A stretch of DNA of 64,000 nt from positions 1 through 64,000 of the IMG/VR virus record IMGVR_UViG_3300020437_000004. One strand, 5' to 3'. Of this stretch, positions 1 to 8,605 are shown in pieces. The notes below the pieces were generated by a model. It ran no database searches and had not been told where the DNA came from. It saw nothing but the letters and a program-made list of their open reading frames with translations. The DNA comes from a virus. Position numbers and translations under genes: made by a program. Position 1 is the first letter of the stretch, and each line of letters opens with the position of its first letter.

Positions 1-86
1 TCCGCTTTCTGCTCATCACCATGCACTTCAACAAGTGCTTCCTCATATAGTGCTTCAATTAGATCGGTGTTTGCTTGACAACTCAT
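1..86 (-). CDS. small hypothetical phage protein (runs off window start)
   Basis: Manual translation from ATG at 86: MSCQANTDLIEALYEEALVEVHGDEQKA..., open to the window edge. Confidence 0.5.
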   Translation of the reverse strand, partial: MSCQANTDLIEALYEEALVEVHGDEQKA

Positions 87-132
87 AATAAAATTCCTGG
101 AATAATGTGAATAATGGTTAATATAGTGGCGG

Positions 133-606
133 TTACCTCATGTAGAGGTGTCCGCCTGCCCAGTCAACTTTGTTTGGGTCTAGTAGAAATTTGATGTGAT
201 CAGGATTCTGAAAAGTGTATCTTACATGCTTAGCGGGTGATTTCCATGATGCAGGTTTATACACGTCACCAGTATTTTTATCGATGAATGTAACAACTGA
301 TCTCTCTCTATACTCTTGTCTGTCCTCTGACCACTCACATGAAACAACTTTGTAATACTTCTTACCTTCGATTGCCTTGAAAACGTCTAAGTTTGCTGTG
401 CCGTTTTCGATCTCAGCAAGTCTATCTAATTGATATTGAGATGGTGTAGATCTCACTTCACCGCCGAATGTTGGACGCTTATACATTGCGATAGTATAAA
501 GTTTTAGATTCTCAGTAAGTGCATCGCAATAACCTTGAGTATAAGACTTAACGAATGCCTTATTAGTCTTTTTGACTGATTCGCCGATTACTTTAGTTTG
601 AGTCAT
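133..606 (-). CDS. conserved phage hypothetical protein (FIDKxTGxVYKPASWKxPAK family)
   Basis: 157-aa ORF directly downstream of promoter cassette 1; C-terminal motif is common in marine phage early proteins. Confidence 0.8.
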   Translation of the reverse strand: MTQTKVIGESVKKTNKAFVKSYTQGYCDALTENLKLYTIAMYKRPTFGGEVRSTPSQYQLDRLAEIENGTANLDVFKAIEGKKYYKVVSCEWSEDRQEYRERSVVTFIDKNTGDVYKPASWKSPAKHVRYTFQNPDHIKFLLDPNKVDWAGGHLYMR

Positions 607-628
607 GTTTGTTTGTTTAATTACTCTT

Positions 629-687
629 ATTATAATGGGTAAATGTGTGGTAGTGTATTCTTATGTGACACTAATAAAACTGTCACA
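629..687 (-). promoter_or_regulatory. early promoter cassette copy 1
   Basis: TATAAT on minus at 629-634; GGTAGTGTATTC; palindrome TGTGACA-ctaataaaac-TGTCACA at 664-687. Confidence 0.8.
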
Positions 688-702
688 CAACTGGTTGACT
701 TT

Positions 703-915
703 TTATGGTCTTACCTCGTATTTTAAATGCTCAGCATGATAACCAATAAAATCAAATATTCGATTTCTTAGGTCATCTTCATTGTATGCTGTCCACCTAC
801 CTAGACATCTTTGGTGCATTACATATTCCTCTTGGGGTGTAAACTGCAAATCTGGGTCTCCGTCTCCTACTTCACTTAAGTAGAGTTCAATTTCTGTTAC
901 TTGATAATTCTTCAT
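703..915 (-). CDS. hypothetical protein
   Basis: 70-aa ORF with strong SD (AGGAGG) upstream. Confidence 0.75.
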   Translation of the reverse strand: MKNYQVTEIELYLSEVGDGDPDLQFTPQEEYVMHQRCLGRWTAYNEDDLRNRIFDFIGYHAEHLKYEVRP

Positions 916-927
916 TATGTTAACCTC

Positions 928-1104
928 CTATGGTAGTTGGTTAACATATACTTGTCTCTTGAATCTTGAGACTATCTCATCAAGTGTTTTTAAATCAATA
1001 TCATCGATATTGTCATTCTCTTCGCCAACATAATAAAATGTGTTGTGAATGTCTTTGATGAGATCTAAGAGTGAAATCTCGTTTGCTGTGTAATCTGCTG
1101 ACAT
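928..1104 (-). CDS. hypothetical protein (not in ORF track)
   Basis: Manual translation MSADYTANEISLLDLIKDIHNTFYYVG...QLP*, 58 aa, fills the gap downstream of cassette 2. Confidence 0.7.
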   Translation of the reverse strand: MSADYTANEISLLDLIKDIHNTFYYVGEENDNIDDIDLKTLDEIVSRFKRQVYVNQLP

Positions 1105-1130
1105 AAGTTTGATTGAATGATTATATTAAT

Positions 1131-1189
1131 ATTATAGTCACTAAAAACACGGTAGTGTATTCTTATGTGACACTAATATAACTGTCACA
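1131..1189 (-). promoter_or_regulatory. early promoter cassette copy 2
   Basis: TATAAT 1131-1136; ACACGGTAGTGTATTC; TGTGACA-ctaatataac-TGTCACA at 1166-1189. Confidence 0.8.
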
Positions 1190-1463
1190 TGTTTGGATAT
1201 TCTTCTTCTACTTTATGCTTAAAGTCTATTAATCCTTCGTGGATTTTAAACAATTTAAACATATCTACATCGCTGAAGTCATCCCACTCAGCAACATATC
1301 CCACTCTCTCGATATCTGGTTGACCATTCTTAAATTGTGGTGCATATCTGAAATCGCCATCGCTATCTAACCAAAAACACATGCCGAAATCATCGCTATT
1401 TGTAAAACCGTAAGGTGTAGGGGAAAAGTTATGCTTTTCCCTTAATGGTATGTTAGTAGGCAT
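1185..1463 (-). CDS. hypothetical protein
   Basis: 92-aa ORF, coupled to upstream ORF; its TGA lies inside the cassette palindrome. Confidence 0.75.
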   Translation of the reverse strand: MPTNIPLREKHNFSPTPYGFTNSDDFGMCFWLDSDGDFRYAPQFKNGQPDIERVGYVAEWDDFSDVDMFKLFKIHEGLIDFKHKVEEEYPNM

Positions 1464-1870
1464 TACTTTCTCACCTCGTAGTATTCTCTAACTATTGAAG
1501 TTTGCTCACCAAACTGTTTGATTAGAAAATTTCTATATCTTACTGCTTGGGTGCCTAGGCATCTAGCGATCGCTCTCTCATTGAATGAAATTTCATCTAT
1601 CTCCCATGAGTCGTTACGAATAGCATCAACAAAACTACCACTACTGTGATCAAATTTGTTGTAAGTTAATGTCCCACCATTGCTATTTCTACTTAAATCG
1701 TTTATATCGTGAGTATAGTAAACTGTAGCGATGTGCTGACTACCAACATAAACATTGCTAGTAAAACAGTTATCTGTTTGATATGAGTTGTGAATCATTA
1801 CATCATTTTTAAGTGATGTGCTTTCTCTCTGTTTGATTGCCTGTAATACTCTTGTTTGATAGATGTCCAT
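1463..1870 (-). CDS. hypothetical protein
   Basis: 135-aa ORF downstream of cassette 3. Confidence 0.7.
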   Translation of the reverse strand: MDIYQTRVLQAIKQRESTSLKNDVMIHNSYQTDNCFTSNVYVGSQHIATVYYTHDINDLSRNSNGGTLTYNKFDHSSGSFVDAIRNDSWEIDEISFNERAIARCLGTQAVRYRNFLIKQFGEQTSIVREYYEVRK

Positions 1871-1895
1871 GTGAGTAATTTATGATTATATAATC

Positions 1896-1954
1896 ATTAT
1901 AATCATTAAAAACACGGTAGGTAGTTTATATGTGACACTAATCCAACTGTCACA
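1896..1954 (-). promoter_or_regulatory. early promoter cassette copy 3
   Basis: TATAAT 1896-1901; ACACGGTAG; TGTGACA-ctaatccaac-TGTCACA at 1931-1954. Confidence 0.8.
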
Positions 1955-2867
1955 CACTATTAATACGTTTGTCGATTAATTCCTTATATTCTGAATGTAA
2001 CTCACATCCAATATAATCACGTCCTAATTGCTTACTAACCATTGCGGTAGTCCCTGATCCCATAAATGGATCTAAAATTAGGTCACCTACTCTACTCCCT
2101 GCTAAAATACACGGTTGAATGAGATCAGGCGGAAATACTGCAAAGTGACTTCCTTTATATGGTTTATTAGTTACTGACCATACAGATCGCTTATTCTTCT
2201 TAGGATAAGATTTAGTTAGTCCAGTATGGGGACTTAATCCTGTGCCTTTATTATGATACTTTCCTTTACTTCTATCTCTCACTCCCCAGTCTTTAGCATC
2301 TTCCTTGATTGCTTCATTGTCATAAAAATATTTCTTATTCTTACTGAATAAGAAAATATACTCATGTGCTTTAGTGCATCTATCTCTCACGGATTCGGGC
2401 ATCGGGTTAGGTTTATGCCAAATAATATCTTGCCTTAAATACCATCCATCCTGACGTAATGCAAACGCTAACATCCACGGAATACCGATTAAATCCTTTT
2501 CTTTTAATCCCTCTAACTTATTACCACGTTTATTACATTTATCAGGTAAATCTTGCTTAGTCTTACTTACTGATTGCTTAGGATATGACTGACCTTTTCC
2601 AGGACGATAATTATAATAACTATCTCCTATGTTTAACCATAGTGTGCCATCATCCTGTAAATTATCTCTTACTAAGCGAAAGATCTCCACCATATTTTTA
2701 ATATATTCTTCTGGTGTTTCTTCCTGACCTACTTGATTCTCTTCTCCACCATAATCCCTTAGTCCATAATAAGGCGGTGATGTTACACACATTTGTGCTT
2801 TATGCATCCAAAGATTTGGAAGTGTTTCTCTTACGTCACCATAGACAATAGTATTACGGTCGATCAT
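1950..2867 (-). CDS. beta-class N4-cytosine/N6-adenine DNA methyltransferase (orphan)
   Basis: Motif IV TSPPYY at N-terminus, motif I LDPFMGSGTT at C-terminus, IWHKPNPMPES. Confidence 0.9.
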   Translation of the reverse strand: MIDRNTIVYGDVRETLPNLWMHKAQMCVTSPPYYGLRDYGGEENQVGQEETPEEYIKNMVEIFRLVRDNLQDDGTLWLNIGDSYYNYRPGKGQSYPKQSVSKTKQDLPDKCNKRGNKLEGLKEKDLIGIPWMLAFALRQDGWYLRQDIIWHKPNPMPESVRDRCTKAHEYIFLFSKNKKYFYDNEAIKEDAKDWGVRDRSKGKYHNKGTGLSPHTGLTKSYPKKNKRSVWSVTNKPYKGSHFAVFPPDLIQPCILAGSRVGDLILDPFMGSGTTAMVSKQLGRDYIGCELHSEYKELIDKRINSV

Positions 2868-3076
2868 TCTTTAAGTTGGGGAAAATGTGTAGGTGTGAAT
2901 TCATCTAGTTTAACATTATAACCTATTACTCTAGGTGTTTCATATTCATCTTTTACTCTATTATAATACGATGCATGACTATCAAGATATGCCTGTATTT
3001 CTTCTGCTAAGTGAAATGGATTGATCTCAGCATCGTTGCCTGCTTGAATTTTGAAACAGTAGGTAATTTCTTTCAT
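2864..3076 (-). CDS. hypothetical protein
   Basis: 70-aa ORF, ATGA overlap with the MTase. Confidence 0.7.
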   Translation of the reverse strand: MKEITYCFKIQAGNDAEINPFHLAEEIQAYLDSHASYYNRVKDEYETPRVIGYNVKLDEFTPTHFPQLKE

Positions 3077-3078
3077 AG

Positions 3079-3153
3079 TTAGTGATGTGGGTTGTAATAG
3101 TTGAGCATTAAAAAGATAATAAAGATAATAACGAGAATAGTGATTACTAGCAT
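3079..3153 (-). CDS. 24-aa membrane microprotein (not in ORF track)
   Basis: MLVITILVIIFIIFLMLNYYNPHH*, a single hydrophobic helix that fills the intergenic gap. Confidence 0.55.
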   Translation of the reverse strand: MLVITILVIIFIIFLMLNYYNPHH

Positions 3154-3359
3154 TGAATTGATTGAATAAGTTTTAATTCTTGATAATTATATACGGTCTT
3201 TCTGTCTCCATTGTCATCAATTAATACTGTCCAGTTTTCAGTAGGTGTAAATCCTTTTCTGTCAGTATCGTCCTTAATGTAGTTAATTAAAACTGTGTAT
3301 GTATCACCCTTATATGATACGATATCACCTAGTGATATATCTTTGACTGAGTTATACAT
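3147..3359 (-). CDS. hypothetical protein
   Basis: 70-aa ORF in a tightly packed operon. Confidence 0.7.
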   Translation of the reverse strand: MYNSVKDISLGDIVSYKGDTYTVLINYIKDDTDRKGFTPTENWTVLIDDNGDRKTVYNYQELKLIQSIQC

Positions 3360-3631
3360 TATGCTAACTCCCTATCGTCAATAATCTCTAGCATTAATTG
3401 ATATGCCTTTGATGGGTCATCTTCATTTACATATGCTTTAAGATCTTCATAGATGTATTCATCACAATTATTAAATGTGTATTTCTTGAATTGCTCTGTG
3501 TCCATTGATTCAATTTCTTTTTCAACTTGATCTTTAGCAAGTTTGAGCAATTCTTCGTTACTCATAGTTGTGATAATATACTCTACATACTCCTCTTTGA
3601 TCTCTTGTAAATCACCAGTTTTTACAGTCAT
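3359..3631 (-). CDS. hypothetical acidic protein
   Basis: 90-aa ORF, coupled at both ends. Confidence 0.7.
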   Translation of the reverse strand: MTVKTGDLQEIKEEYVEYIITTMSNEELLKLAKDQVEKEIESMDTEQFKKYTFNNCDEYIYEDLKAYVNEDDPSKAYQLMLEIIDDRELA

Positions 3632-3792
3632 GATAATCCCTCCCAGATTGAAATAAATGTTGTAATCCAGTCACGATTTGCAACTGACATTGATGATAAA
3701 TCTTGCTCATCAGCACTTAACATAGGTAGATTGTGATCTGTGCAATACTGCACATAAATGTCACTTAACCAGTTGATTTGATTGTCATTCAT
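3628..3792 (-). CDS. hypothetical protein (not in ORF track)
   Basis: MNDNQINWLSDIYVQYCTDHNLPMLSADEQ...WEGLS*, 54 aa, ATGA overlaps at both ends. Confidence 0.75.
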   Translation of the reverse strand: MNDNQINWLSDIYVQYCTDHNLPMLSADEQDLSSMSVANRDWITTFISIWEGLS

Positions 3793-3971
3793 GATGTAAT
3801 CTCCCAAAATTTCTTGACTGCTGCGTCAGCAATAACAGGCAAATAACCTAGTTTTGAATTTTGCTCCATAGCATATAATTGATCATCAGTTAGACCATTT
3901 TCTTTACGAAAGTCTTCCCAACATTCGTCATAGCATTGATCTAAAAGTGCTTCCTCTTGAGTGAAATTCAT
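3789..3971 (-). CDS. hypothetical protein
   Basis: 60-aa ORF. Confidence 0.7.
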   Translation of the reverse strand: MNFTQEEALLDQCYDECWEDFRKENGLTDDQLYAMEQNSKLGYLPVIADAAVKKFWEITS

Positions 3972-3972
3972 G

Positions 3973-4233
3973 TTAGTTAACTCCTATGATGTTGAGTGCA
4001 TTGTTGTAAGCAACTGCTCTTGCTTCGATAACCTGATCTCTCACTCTCTCACGGTCTAGACTATCACCACCACCCCATGTTACATGAGTGCCTTCTTCAC
4101 ATAAATCTAAAACATTGAGAGTAGCAAGTGCTAACTCTTGTCTTGTTAATCCATCGATAGGATATAAACAGTCAGGATGCTCAGGTGAATAGAATGATTC
4201 ACAATAGTCAAGAAATTCTTTGAAGTTGTGCAT
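3973..4233 (-). CDS. conserved cyanophage hypothetical protein
   Basis: 86-aa ORF; FxDYCESFY and WGGGDSLDRERVRD motifs typical of cyanophage early proteins. Confidence 0.75.
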   Translation of the reverse strand: MHNFKEFLDYCESFYSPEHPDCLYPIDGLTRQELALATLNVLDLCEEGTHVTWGGGDSLDRERVRDQVIEARAVAYNNALNIIGVN

Positions 4234-4254
4234 GTGATTTGTTTAACTATTAAT

Positions 4255-4313
4255 ATAATAACAAAAAAGCACACGGTAGTGTGTTACCGTGTGCCACTAA
4301 TAAAACTGTCACT
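4255..4313 (-). promoter_or_regulatory. early promoter cassette copy 4
   Basis: -10 TATTAT 4255-4260; ACACGGTAG; TGTGCCA-ctaataaaac-TGTCACT at 4290-4313. Confidence 0.75.
4263..4294 (-). terminator. Rho-independent terminator overlapping cassette 4
   Basis: 10-bp stem GCACACGGTA/TACCGTGTGC with 6-nt loop, followed by T6 on minus. Confidence 0.7.
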
Positions 4314-4375
4314 CTGACAATAGACTTTCTCTTTTACATAGGTAAGCATTACCATTGATTACTGCATCAATATAA

Positions 4376-4513
4376 TTATTGTTTACAGTATGATTGATCA
4401 ATTTGGCATAACTGGTCAGTTTTTTGATCTTGGATTGCTGAGAATTTTTTGATTGCATTGATTCCGAAGTTGACTGTGAAAAAGATAATAATAAAGGTTA
4501 GAGCGTATCTCAT
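4376..4513 (-). CDS. small membrane protein (not in ORF track)
   Basis: MRYALTFIIIFFTVNFGINAIKKFSAIQDQK...CKQ*, 45 aa, TAATG overlap. Confidence 0.65.
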   Translation of the reverse strand: MRYALTFIIIFFTVNFGINAIKKFSAIQDQKTDQLCQIDQSYCKQ

Positions 4514-4833
4514 TAGTAATTCATGATTTGTTTAGTGGGGACTTGATTAATATAACCTTCAATAAATTCTTTACATTCACAAACAGTATCATATCCACCG
4601 ATCTTAGTGTATATGAATACACCATTATCTAATTGCTTACGAGCATTAACTCTATACTTGTAAGCATTATAATCACCTACATGTGCACCACTAAGATCTT
4701 CAGTAATAGTAAATGCACTTAATTGGATACCGTGATCATTCTCTACATAATCCTCGGATACGAAAACATGCTCACTATATGTTGAGACGTTTAGATCTAG
4801 GTGTGAGTTGATGATCGCTAGTTGGTCTTCCAT
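4513..4833 (-). CDS. hypothetical protein
   Basis: 106-aa ORF downstream of cassette 5. Confidence 0.7.
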   Translation of the reverse strand: MEDQLAIINSHLDLNVSTYSEHVFVSEDYVENDHGIQLSAFTITEDLSGAHVGDYNAYKYRVNARKQLDNGVFIYTKIGGYDTVCECKEFIEGYINQVPTKQIMNY

Positions 4834-4856
4834 GTGATTCTGTGTGATTACATCCT

Positions 4857-4914
4857 ATTATAGGGCATAGGTGAGCAAAGCACAAGTTTATGTGACACAA
4901 TATTAAATGTCACA
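4857..4914 (-). promoter_or_regulatory. early promoter cassette copy 5
   Basis: TATAAT 4857-4862; TGTGACA-caatattaaa-TGTCACA at 4891-4914. Confidence 0.75.
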
Positions 4915-5145
4915 TTTATATCCATCATTATAATATGATTCAATTATATTCATTTCGTCATCACTCAAATCCCATTTAAAATTACTAGGAAACAAGTTAA
5001 TCAATTTTTTAAATGCTTTATTACTGACTTCATTACTTCCGAAGTCATGTCGATCTCTCTCCACACATTCGTGGATATATCTCCACTCTTTAGTAGTGAA
5101 GTATCGTCTCACCTCATCATACTGATGTTGTGTTAATGGTCTCAT
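4903..5145 (-). CDS. hypothetical protein
   Basis: 80-aa ORF; its last codons are encoded by the cassette palindrome. Confidence 0.7.
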   Translation of the reverse strand: MRPLTQHQYDEVRRYFTTKEWRYIHECVERDRHDFGSNEVSNKAFKKLINLFPSNFKWDLSDDEMNIIESYYNDGYKCDI

Positions 5146-5146
5146 T

Positions 5147-5326
5147 TTAGTAGGATGCTTCCTCTAATTGGTCGATAGGGTTATCTTGAATACTGCAATA
5201 TGAAATATCGTCAGTATGATAAGATCGATAAATTCTCTTCCATATGGTATCGAATTCATCCTGATCTAAGTTTTTAAAGATAACTTGACCTTTAAAGTAA
5301 ATGTGGTAGGTTGTTGTTGTCTGCAT
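5147..5326 (-). CDS. conserved cyanophage hypothetical protein (not in ORF track)
   Basis: MQTTTTYHIYFKGQVIFKNLDQDEFDTIWKRIYRSY...ASY*, 59 aa. Confidence 0.7.
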   Translation of the reverse strand: MQTTTTYHIYFKGQVIFKNLDQDEFDTIWKRIYRSYHTDDISYCSIQDNPIDQLEEASY

Positions 5327-5501
5327 TTAAGTCCTCTAGATACATCCATTCGTAACTACTATCCTCGGGATCTTCATTGTTAATAATGTATTCATTGAAA
5401 ATAGCATCGCTATTACCAATATTTGAGTCATCTACATGTCGTTTAATATTTGTCATGTAGGTATATCTCATTGATGAGAGTGCGAATTCAATGGTATTCA
5501 T
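5292..5501 (-). CDS. hypothetical protein
   Basis: 69-aa ORF, ATGA overlap with the upstream oxygenase. Confidence 0.6.
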   Translation of the reverse strand: MNTIEFALSSMRYTYMTNIKRHVDDSNIGNSDAIFNEYIINNEDPEDSSYEWMYLEDLNADNNNLPHLL

Positions 5502-5983
5502 GACTGGGGAAAGTAATTAAAGTTGATTACACATCTATCCTGAGTGGATGATGTGCCATAGTGAATTGTCTCGGATGGAAATATAACCATCCTACCCTTA
5601 ACAGACTCTACTTTTTGGTCTCCTACCATCGTATAACCATCATTACTATTAACATAGTAAATTCCAGTTAAAGCGTTAGGAAATTTATGATCTGTATGTG
5701 GGTGTGATGACGTGGGCACTTGCGAGCGAAGTTGCAAGTTTGCTTTAATCTTAATGAGTGCACATGCATTTAAGTTATACAATAATGGTTGCATTGCCCT
5801 ATCTTGACAAAAGTCAGATTGTGGAAATCCATTATTATAAAACATATGCACCATTTGTGATCTCGAATCGGGGTCAGTTGATACTATCCTACGACAGTAT
5901 GACCACGAAAAAGTGTCACTCAATAAAAGATCATGAATCTCTTGTTGAATAACACTAGGGACGAAATCATCAATAATCCTCAT
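5498..5983 (-). CDS. Fe(II)/2-oxoglutarate oxygenase
   Basis: HxD (PHTDH), distal His (IHYG), Arg (DRCVINFN), VESVKGRMVIFP. Confidence 0.85.
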   Translation of the reverse strand: MRIIDDFVPSVIQQEIHDLLLSDTFSWSYCRRIVSTDPDSRSQMVHMFYNNGFPQSDFCQDRAMQPLLYNLNACALIKIKANLQLRSQVPTSSHPHTDHKFPNALTGIYYVNSNDGYTMVGDQKVESVKGRMVIFPSETIHYGTSSTQDRCVINFNYFPQS

Positions 5984-6108
5984 TTGTTAAATGGCGAATT
6001 GAAGTATGCCTTATTAACTGTGTAAACAGTCACTAGTGCTACTGCAATACCCAAAAAACCTAACCATAGAATAGGTGAATGTGGGAAATCGTATGTTGGA
6101 ATTTGCAT
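5980..6108 (-). CDS. small membrane protein (not in ORF track)
   Basis: MQIPTYDFPHSPILWLGFLGIAVALVTVYTVNKAYFNSPFNK*, 42 aa, one TM helix. Confidence 0.7.
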   Translation of the reverse strand: MQIPTYDFPHSPILWLGFLGIAVALVTVYTVNKAYFNSPFNK

Positions 6109-6129
6109 GTGTGTTTGTTTAACCTCTAT

Positions 6130-6188
6130 ATTATATGGCACTTAACCTATGTATGGTAGGGTCTTGTGCCACTACTTGATCTGTCATA
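6130..6188 (-). promoter_or_regulatory. early promoter cassette copy 6 (inside 3' end of 6131..6706)
   Basis: TATAAT 6130-6135; TGTGCCA-ctacttgatc-TGTCATA at 6165-6188, same 30-nt offset as copies 1-4. Confidence 0.7.
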
Positions 6189-6706
6189 CAATAGATTGAC
6201 CCGAGTGACACTCGTATGCCATCGTCAGGTGGTAGTCCCATGTGATACATATGCGATGGGAAAATTAAAGTTTGTCCCATATGAAATGGCACTCTCTCTA
6301 TTTCTTCGTTTGCATTATTGTAGAATACAGTATCACCTGATTCACCAGCTGCATGATATACAACTGAGATAAGATTAGGCATGTCACCATCATTATGGAT
6401 TTGTGACTGCATATTATCAAATTGCATATTCAATAGTGTCCTCATAGTTTTAGCATGTAATCGATGCTCCATGAGTGCATTAAAATATTTGATAAACCAT
6501 TCATCCTCACTACCCACAAATACACCATCTTGCACTACCATAGTGCCAAAGAATCGTGCATTCTCATAGCAGGCATAGGGACTATTAGTCCATCTAACAG
6601 GATATTCAACTAATCTGTTGGCAACACTATCTACCATCCAGTCAGGAAAAAGACCACTAACAACTTCAACCAAAACCACTCCCTCCTTTAGATTTAGGTC
6701 TATCAA
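6131..6706 (-). CDS. Fe(II)/2-oxoglutarate oxygenase (prolyl-hydroxylase-like)
   Basis: IHNDG (HxD), GESGDTVFY, YHMG, RVS. Confidence 0.85.
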   Translation of the reverse strand: MIDLNLKEGVVLVEVVSGLFPDWMVDSVANRLVEYPVRWTNSPYACYENARFFGTMVVQDGVFVGSEDEWFIKYFNALMEHRLHAKTMRTLLNMQFDNMQSQIHNDGDMPNLISVVYHAAGESGDTVFYNNANEEIERVPFHMGQTLIFPSHMYHMGLPPDDGIRVSLGSIYCMTDQVVAQDPTIHRLSAI

Positions 6707-6872
6707 TTACTTCAATTCTATCTATAAGAATCTTTTTATTCCACCATAACTCTTGGATTTCTTGCCATGAATCCAACACTTTAGTGGAATTATCTTTGCA
6801 AATAACCTTATAGCAATGCCTATCATATGGGGCACTACTGGTCTCGGTGAAGTAATTAGGAAGTGAGATCAT
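6666..6872 (-). CDS. conserved cyanophage hypothetical protein
   Basis: 68-aa ORF, PYDRHxYK motif, basic KGFG-like C-terminus. Confidence 0.7.
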   Translation of the reverse strand: MISLPNYFTETSSAPYDRHCYKVICKDNSTKVLDSWQEIQELWWNKKILIDRIEVIDRPKSKGGSGFG

Positions 6873-7087
6873 AGTCTATCATTAAGTAATTGAATTTGCC
6901 AATTATCATCCCCACCTTCTAGTCGGTCAACCCAAAACCAAAAGTCAGGATAGTCAGGTGCTGAGCAAAACACCCTATTACCTCTAATATGCTCAACAAT
7001 AACCTCATTCTTATTGTTGAGATATTTGGTAAATATCTGTTGTGCCTTATTACTTTTAGGCACAACTAATGCTCTATTTTTAAGCAT
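6869..7087 (-). CDS. hypothetical protein
   Basis: 72-aa ORF, V.PKSxKA motif. Confidence 0.7.
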   Translation of the reverse strand: MLKNRALVVPKSNKAQQIFTKYLNNKNEVIVEHIRGNRVFCSAPDYPDFWFWVDRLEGGDDNWQIQLLNDRL

Positions 7088-7922
7088 AGTCTAGTCTTGT
7101 AAGTAAGTTGTCTTTAAATGGTCTGAGTCTATCGATGCACATTTTATGATATGTTTCATCGATCTCAAAACCAATAAATTGTCTATTCTCCTCTACTGAT
7201 ACCTGAGCGGTTGTGCCTGCACCCATAAATGGGTCTAGCACTACATCATTGACACTAGACCACGTTTTAATGTGACCTCGTGCCAACTCCTCAGGCATTG
7301 TAGCAGGATGTTTATATGATGCTTTAGACGATTGTCCAAATCCACCACTATTTTTAATTCTCCATATGTTTGTCCTTACTCCCCACTCTTTAATCGCATT
7401 ACTCTTACGATTAGGGTCATGTGTAGTGCCATCCTTTTTGCGTGATGTAGCATTACCCCATGATGTGATGCCTGCCCACTTGTTTTTCTTATCTTGAATA
7501 AGATTAATAGTTTTGGGACGTCCTTTAGATAGTATGAAACAATACTCAAATACTTGAGTATATCTTACTGACTTGACTCCACTAGCGAATGCTGTGCCTG
7601 TTTTCTCATATATCATTGTGTCGTGAAGTCTCAACCCTAAATCCATAAAATGTAAACATTGACGAAAACTAGATCCAGTCTCGGATCCTTTTATTGTCGC
7701 ATCGTTTACATTCCACATTATTACACCACCTTCCTTTAACACTCTGACCAGACCAGTAGCAACATCCTTAAAGACATTAAAATCCCACTTGCTACTATCA
7801 TTATATGTGCGTAAATCGTCGTAAGGCGGTGACGTTACGACGAGATCAACACTTTCTTTATCCATGAGTTGCATACCATCGATACAACTCATGTGATAGG
7901 TATCATTAAGCGATAGTTTCAT
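7080..7922 (-). CDS. beta-class N4-cytosine/N6-adenine DNA methyltransferase
   Basis: VTSPPYD (motif IV), HPATMP, LDPFMGAGTT (motif I). Confidence 0.9.
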   Translation of the reverse strand: MKLSLNDTYHMSCIDGMQLMDKESVDLVVTSPPYDDLRTYNDSSKWDFNVFKDVATGLVRVLKEGGVIMWNVNDATIKGSETGSSFRQCLHFMDLGLRLHDTMIYEKTGTAFASGVKSVRYTQVFEYCFILSKGRPKTINLIQDKKNKWAGITSWGNATSRKKDGTTHDPNRKSNAIKEWGVRTNIWRIKNSGGFGQSSKASYKHPATMPEELARGHIKTWSSVNDVVLDPFMGAGTTAQVSVEENRQFIGFEIDETYHKMCIDRLRPFKDNLLTRLDYA

Positions 7923-8526
7923 AAACTGTGTGGATAAATTTCTGTGTCCTTCTTACACTACCGTAGATAGGTGTGATACAAATAAGATCTTCATTGTGCA
8001 CTCTAAGAGTAGAAAATCCGTTGTTGTTTTTACCAGTCTTAGTAACTGAGTCAGTCCAACCAGTAGCAGGATTCATAGCAAGTGACAAGTCAACTAGACA
8101 TGCAAACACCTCAGGAAATCCATTCTCTTTTTGTGTCAACTTAACACAAAAGATCTTATCAACCTTGGTCTTACTGTGATTGTTACCAGTAGCGAATGAT
8201 GATGTGCTACTACCGAGTGACATTTTGTTTTCGATCTCTTGCTCTAAGAGTAGAGCATCGTAACCAACTGTCTCCTCACTAATGTAATCAACACCCAAAT
8301 CTACTGCTGAGTCCTCAAGAGCAGGGTTAAAGATGTTTGCAAGAAATTTAGTTTTGTCAACTGTATTGTCCTCACCAAAGAATGTATCTAGGTTAGACTT
8401 CTTACCACCACTACAAATGTGTAGTGCTTTAGCAACACGGTCTGAAGTCAACTTGACTGCTTTAGGGACGATACGCTTAAGTGCTTCAGCGAGTTGGATG
8501 TTGTCTGCTTGGGGTCTGAGTTTCAT
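7906..8526 (-). CDS. putative PD-(D/E)XK restriction endonuclease-like protein
   Basis: GYD-x8-ENK fits the (P)D...(D/E)xK catalytic pattern; overlaps the MTase by 17 nt. Confidence 0.5.
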   Translation of the reverse strand: MKLRPQADNIQLAEALKRIVPKAVKLTSDRVAKALHICSGGKKSNLDTFFGEDNTVDKTKFLANIFNPALEDSAVDLGVDYISEETVGYDALLLEQEIENKMSLGSSTSSFATGNNHSKTKVDKIFCVKLTQKENGFPEVFACLVDLSLAMNPATGWTDSVTKTGKNNNGFSTLRVHNEDLICITPIYGSVRRTQKFIHTVYETIA

Positions 8527-8547
8527 TGTATTTGTCTGATTGATCTT

Positions 8548-8605
8548 ATTATAGCGTCAATAAAGACGGTAGTGCAATGTAGTGGTCAGTTTCTCAAGTG
8601 TCCTA
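8548..8605 (-). promoter_or_regulatory. early promoter cassette copy 7 (degenerate)
   Basis: TATAAT 8548-8553; ACGGTAGTG at the same offset as copies 1-4; GTGGTCA-gtttctcaag-TGTCCTA at 8582-8605. Confidence 0.65.

Noticed and set aside
664-687. Cassette palindrome as a CRP or NtcA site
   Set aside because: The TGTGA...TCACA spacing is 14 nt rather than 6, and there is no GTA-N8-TAC.
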